The translations under genes were made by a program, and so were the position numbers. A stretch of 64,000 bases of DNA from Acidimicrobiia bacterium (lineage in GTDB: Bacteria; Actinomycetota; Acidimicrobiia; Spongiisociales; ZC4RG35), in contig JBBDML010000028.1 of NCBI GenBank assembly GCA_040878345.1, positions 914 through 64,913 of the forward strand, in the 5' to 3' direction. The notes beneath the pieces are model-generated. The model was not told the origin of the DNA, ran no database searches, and worked only from the letters and a program-made list of their open reading frames with translations. Positions 59,663-64,000 of the stretch are shown here, one piece after another; within the stretch, counting starts at the first letter, position 1; each line of letters opens with the position of its first letter.

Positions 59663-59716
59663 TCGAAACACCAAGCACGGGCCGAGCGGGTCGAGGCTCC
59701 TAATGTCACGGTTCCT

Positions 59717-60763
59717 ATGGACCCGCTCTCCACCCTGAATGAGGTGCTGGCCGGCGCTCCCAGCGATATAGAAACCGCAGCCACACTCGACGATCTCGAC
59801 CGTGTCGAGTCGTCGCTCCTTGGCCGCGCCTCGGATGTCGGGGGAATCAGAAGGGCGATGGGCTCCATCGATGAAGGGCTGCGCCCGCGTGTCGGAGCTC
59901 GGCTCAACGAGGTGACCGGCGCCATTCAGGAGCTGCTCGCCATCCGGCGACACCACATCGAGACGGTGGAGGAGGCCGCCCGGTTCGGTGAGGAGGCCAT
60001 CGATGTCACCCTGGGTGCGGTGAGCTTCCCCAGAGGCTCGCTGCATCTGATCCAACAGACCATCGACGAGGTGGTCGACATCTTCGTTGGCCTCGGTTAC
60101 CAGATGGCGGCCGGCCCCGAGGCCGAGCTCGCCTGGTACAACTTCGACGCCCTCAACACCCCGCCCACACACCCGGCCCGGGCGGAGTCGGACACCATGT
60201 ACCTCGACTGGGGGAGAGCCGAGGACGAGGTCGTGCTCCGCACCCAGACCTCACCGGTCCAGGCTCGTTGGATGGAGACCCACCAACCTCCGGTCTACGT
60301 AGTGGTGCCGGGGAGGTGCTACCGGACCGACACCGTCGATGCCACCCACCTGCCTGTCTTCCATCAGATCGAGGGCCTTGCCGTCGACACCAATATCGTG
60401 TTCAGCGATCTGAAGGGAACCCTCCTCCATTTCGCCCACGAGTTCTTCAGCCCCTCCACAACGGTCAGGCTCCGACCCCACTTCTTCCCATTCACCGAGC
60501 CGAGTGCCGAGTTGGACGTCTCCTGCTCGGCCTGTGACGGGAACGACCCCGGCTGCCGGGTATGCGGCGGCGACGGGTTTCTCGAGATGCTCGGTTGCGG
60601 CATGGTCGACCCCAACGTGTTCGAAGCGGTTGGGTATGACCCGGGTCAGGTCACCGGGTTCGCCTTCGGCATGGGTGTCGAAAGGCTGGCGATGGTGCGC
60701 CACGGCATCGACTCGATCAAGCACTTCGTCGACAACGACCGTCGCTTCCTGGAGCAGTTCTGA
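59717..60763 (+). CDS. pheS: phenylalanyl-tRNA synthetase alpha subunit
   Basis: HPARAESDTMY, FPFTEPSAE and GFAFGMGVERLAM motifs. Confidence 0.96.
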   Translation: MDPLSTLNEVLAGAPSDIETAATLDDLDRVESSLLGRASDVGGIRRAMGSIDEGLRPRVGARLNEVTGAIQELLAIRRHHIETVEEAARFGEEAIDVTLGAVSFPRGSLHLIQQTIDEVVDIFVGLGYQMAAGPEAELAWYNFDALNTPPTHPARAESDTMYLDWGRAEDEVVLRTQTSPVQARWMETHQPPVYVVVPGRCYRTDTVDATHLPVFHQIEGLAVDTNIVFSDLKGTLLHFAHEFFSPSTTVRLRPHFFPFTEPSAELDVSCSACDGNDPGCRVCGGDGFLEMLGCGMVDPNVFEAVGYDPGQVTGFAFGMGVERLAMVRHGIDSIKHFVDNDRRFLEQF

Positions 60764-63150
60764 TGAGGGTGCCCCTTCGTTGGCTCGAGGAGATGATCGA
60801 TCTGCCCACCGGAGACGTCGAAGAGCTTGGCTACGTGTTCGACATGTTGGGGCACAAAGTGGAAGGCGTTGAGAGGTTCGAGATCGACTGGTCCGACGTT
60901 TATGTGGGACGGGTGGTCGATGTCGCAGCCCACCCGGACGCCGACCGGATCAGGGTGTGCCAGGTCGACACCGGCTCGGGCGCCGAACAGATCATCTGTG
61001 GCGCGTGGAACTTCGAAAACGGAGCCATGGTGGCGGTGGCAAGACCCGGAGCGGTCCTACCTGGCGGCTTCGAGATACGCCAGCGGACCATCCGTGGCGT
61101 GTTCTCCAACGGCATGATCTGCTCGGAAAAGGAGCTGGGGCTGGGTGATGACCATGAGGGGATCCTGGTTCTCGATGGAAGCCCTGAGGTGGGGGCTCCC
61201 TTCTCGGATCTGCTCGAGCTCCCTGATGTGGTGTTCGACCTGGAGATAACCCCCAACCGCCCTGACGTCATGTCGATCCTCGGCATTGCGCGCGACCTGG
61301 CCGCTCACTACGACATCGGTTTCCGGGCCCCCGATCCAGGTCTCGTGGCTGGGGGCGGCGCCACCGCCGTGAGGGTCGAGGTCGAGGACCCCGCCGGATG
61401 TCGGCGCTTCACCCTCCGTGAGATAACCGGAGTCAACCTGGGAAGGTCCCCCCTCTGGATGCGTCATCGACTGGCGAAAGTCGGCTTGAGGCCGATCTCG
61501 AATGTGGTCGATGTCACCAACTACGTCATGTTCGAGCTGGGCCATCCCCTACATGCCTTCGATGCCGACTCGGTGGTCGGTGACCGGCTGGTGGTGAGGC
61601 GGGCCGGAACAGGGGAGACACTGGTCACACTGGACCACGTCGAGCGAAACCTCGAACCTGACGACCTGATCATCTACGACGATGCCGGTCCGACCTCGAT
61701 GTCAGGGACCATGGGTGGCGCCCGCAGCGAGGTCTCGGGATCGACCAACCGGGTCTTGATGGAGGCCGCTTCCTGGGATCCGCCCACCATCATGTTCATG
61801 TCGCGCCGACACGACCTCAGGTCTGAGGCTTCGACGCGATTCGAGCGGGGGGTCGATCCAGGCCTGGCCGATCTCGCCAACCAGCGAGCCTCTGCACTGG
61901 TCGCCGCCCTGGCCGGTGGAGAGGTGCTCTCCGGATCGGTGGATGTTGTCACCACGCCGATTACACCCCTCGAAGTCGATCTGAGCGGCGAGCAGGTGGA
62001 ACGGGTGTTGGGCCCCGGGTTCGACGACGATCTGGTTGCTTCGTTGTTGAGCCGTCTCGGGATGCGTGTCGAGGGTCGACGCCCGATGCGGGTGACGGTC
62101 CCCACCTACAGACCCGACGTCTCCCGGGCGGTGGACCTGATCGAGGAAGTGGCGCGGATCCACGGCTACGACCGATTCGACGCCACCGTTCCCCGGGGTC
62201 CGATCGGAGGGTTGACCTCTTCTCAGAAGAGGCTGCGCCGTCTGGTGGCGACACTTGCCGGTGCCGGGCTCGACCAGGCGATCAATCTGCCGTTCGTCGG
62301 CCTCGATGACCTGAACCGCCTGGGGCTGAGACCGGCCGAAGGTGACCTGCTAACGGTGAGGAATCCGCTCCGCGAGGAAGAGAGCAGGCTTCGCCCCAGT
62401 CTGCTCCCCGGCCTGTTGAACACCGCGCGGTACAACCTCTCCCATGGTGCCGACTCGGTCGCCTTCTTCGAGACCGGAAGCGTCTTTCACACCGAGCCGG
62501 CTGAGTGGGACCATCGTCTCCCCGATCAACCCGAACGGCTGGCATGGGTGGTCCAGGGCGATGTGGGGATTCGGTTGCTCGACTCAGGGACCCGCGTGGC
62601 CGATGCCTCCACTTCCTTGGCCCTTTGGGACCTTGTTGCCGACTCTCTTGGCATCGAAACCCGTTTGACGGCAGCAACCACCCCCGGATTCCACCCCGCC
62701 CGCACCGCCAGGGTGGTCATCGAGCGGCAGGGGATCGGCCACGTGGGCGAGCTCAGCCCTTTGGCGGCGCGGGCCTTCGAACTGCCAGGAAGGGTGGCGA
62801 TTGCCGAGATCGACCTGGCGCTGCTCCTGGAACCGGTGCCTCCCAAGATGGGCAGGAACCTCTCGTTGTTCCCCCATGTCGACTTCGACCTCTCGTTCCG
62901 TGTGGACGCCGACCTGCCTGCCGCCGACCTGGTCGAGGTCACCAGCCGAGCCGTCGGTGACCTGTTGGAGCGGAGCCGGGTGTTCGACGAGTTCCGTGAC
63001 CCTTCGCTGGGAGAAGGCAAGAAGGCCCTCGCCATCCGCTATCGGCTGAGGGCGCCGGACCGCACGCTGACAGCCGATGAGATCGGAGTCATCCGAGATG
63101 AGATGATCTCTGCGGCCATCTCGGTCGGCGGCGAGCTCCGCGGGGCATGA
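60763..63150 (+). CDS. pheT: phenylalanyl-tRNA synthetase beta subunit
   Basis: 795 aa with the N-terminus MRVPLRWLEE and tRNA-binding OB, B3/4, B5 and FDX-ACB regions. Confidence 0.96.
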   Translation: MRVPLRWLEEMIDLPTGDVEELGYVFDMLGHKVEGVERFEIDWSDVYVGRVVDVAAHPDADRIRVCQVDTGSGAEQIICGAWNFENGAMVAVARPGAVLPGGFEIRQRTIRGVFSNGMICSEKELGLGDDHEGILVLDGSPEVGAPFSDLLELPDVVFDLEITPNRPDVMSILGIARDLAAHYDIGFRAPDPGLVAGGGATAVRVEVEDPAGCRRFTLREITGVNLGRSPLWMRHRLAKVGLRPISNVVDVTNYVMFELGHPLHAFDADSVVGDRLVVRRAGTGETLVTLDHVERNLEPDDLIIYDDAGPTSMSGTMGGARSEVSGSTNRVLMEAASWDPPTIMFMSRRHDLRSEASTRFERGVDPGLADLANQRASALVAALAGGEVLSGSVDVVTTPITPLEVDLSGEQVERVLGPGFDDDLVASLLSRLGMRVEGRRPMRVTVPTYRPDVSRAVDLIEEVARIHGYDRFDATVPRGPIGGLTSSQKRLRRLVATLAGAGLDQAINLPFVGLDDLNRLGLRPAEGDLLTVRNPLREEESRLRPSLLPGLLNTARYNLSHGADSVAFFETGSVFHTEPAEWDHRLPDQPERLAWVVQGDVGIRLLDSGTRVADASTSLALWDLVADSLGIETRLTAATTPGFHPARTARVVIERQGIGHVGELSPLAARAFELPGRVAIAEIDLALLLEPVPPKMGRNLSLFPHVDFDLSFRVDADLPAADLVEVTSRAVGDLLERSRVFDEFRDPSLGEGKKALAIRYRLRAPDRTLTADEIGVIRDEMISAAISVGGELRGA

Positions 63151-63716
63151 GGTGGACAGCCACTCTCTCCGAAGCCCTCTCCGGCCCTCCAGAGATTGGG
63201 GCGCCCCGACTGCTCGGCTCTCATCTGGTCTCTGAGATCTCTGGGTTGATGGTGCGGTTGCGGATAACCGAGGTGGAGGCCTACAAGGGCTCCGACGACC
63301 CGGCGTCGCATGCCTTCCGAGGGCCAAACCAGCGCAACGGGTCGATGTTCCGAAGTCCGGGCACGTTGTACGTCTATCGCTCCTATGGGATCCATCACTG
63401 CGCCAACACCGCTGCCGGCCCGGAAGGGATCGGTTGGGGGATCCTGATCCGGGGAGGGGAGGTGATCGAGGGTGAGGGCACTGCCCGGAAGCGGAGGGGT
63501 CGGTCGGACCAACTGACCGATGGCCCGGGCAAGGTCTGCCAAGCCTTGGGTATCGACCTGAGCCATGATGGGACCGACCTACTGGCCGGCGATCCGCCGC
63601 TCTGGCTCGAGCCGGGTGAACCTCCCGAGGTGATCGTCAGCACCCCCCGCATCGGGATATCGAGGGCACGGGACCGGGCGTGGAGATTCGTGGCTGCGGT
63701 GTCGGCGAGCTCGTGA
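63147..63716 (+). CDS. mpg: DNA-3-methyladenine glycosylase (Mpg/AAG family)
   Basis: EVEAYKGSDDPASHAFRGPNQRNGSMFRSPGTLYVYRSYGIHHCAN and DGPGKVCQALGI motifs. Confidence 0.92.
   Translation: MRWTATLSEALSGPPEIGAPRLLGSHLVSEISGLMVRLRITEVEAYKGSDDPASHAFRGPNQRNGSMFRSPGTLYVYRSYGIHHCANTAAGPEGIGWGILIRGGEVIEGEGTARKRRGRSDQLTDGPGKVCQALGIDLSHDGTDLLAGDPPLWLEPGEPPEVIVSTPRIGISRARDRAWRFVAAVSASS

Positions 63717-64000
<284 letters not shown>

Overview
High-GC, very compact chromosomal segment with actinobacterial gene content and order: a mIHF gene, a pgsA/acyltransferase/pimA phosphatidylinositol-mannoside cluster, and the runs ruvCAB, apt-relA, pyrR-pyrB-pyrC-carAB-pyrF and mihF-rpoZ-coaBC-metK-priA. The class (perhaps Acidimicrobiia-like) cannot be verified without a search. 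I call about 70 protein genes, nearly all core housekeeping. These include seven aminoacyl-tRNA synthetase genes (thrS, hisS, aspS, alaS, pheS, pheT, tyrS). They also cover shikimate, pyrimidine, riboflavin, PLP and CoA/SAM biosynthesis, plus recombination, translation factors and ribosomal proteins. From about 7.6 kb to the right edge every gene is on the + strand, and many neighbours share 4-nt ATGA/GTGA start/stop overlaps. I found no rRNA, tRNA, CRISPR array, transposase/integrase or obvious defence or mobile island, and I do not see a convincing discrete multi-gene novel system. The findings are single-gene or single-site oddities inside a conserved backbone. (1) The partial tyrS at the right edge reads T-L-G-W where the class I HIGH motif should be. 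(2) A REC-GGDEF response regulator with a GGDDF signature is translationally coupled between rpe and ribD. (3) A DUF4388/PATAN-like gene and an orphan prepilin peptidase sit inside the shikimate operon. (4) NusB carries an N-terminal extension resembling an IF2_N domain. (5) The PriA homologue lacks Walker A/B motifs and all zinc-binding cysteines. (6) An APH-fold protein has both catalytic-loop residues replaced. (7) An archaeal-type CMP-kinase-like gene occupies the slot where actinobacteria normally carry gmk. (8) Several strong hairpins or palindromes lie in the few intergenic gaps, and infC probably starts at ATC. All functional calls rest on motif recognition in the supplied translations and on remembered family signatures. 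No database search was run.
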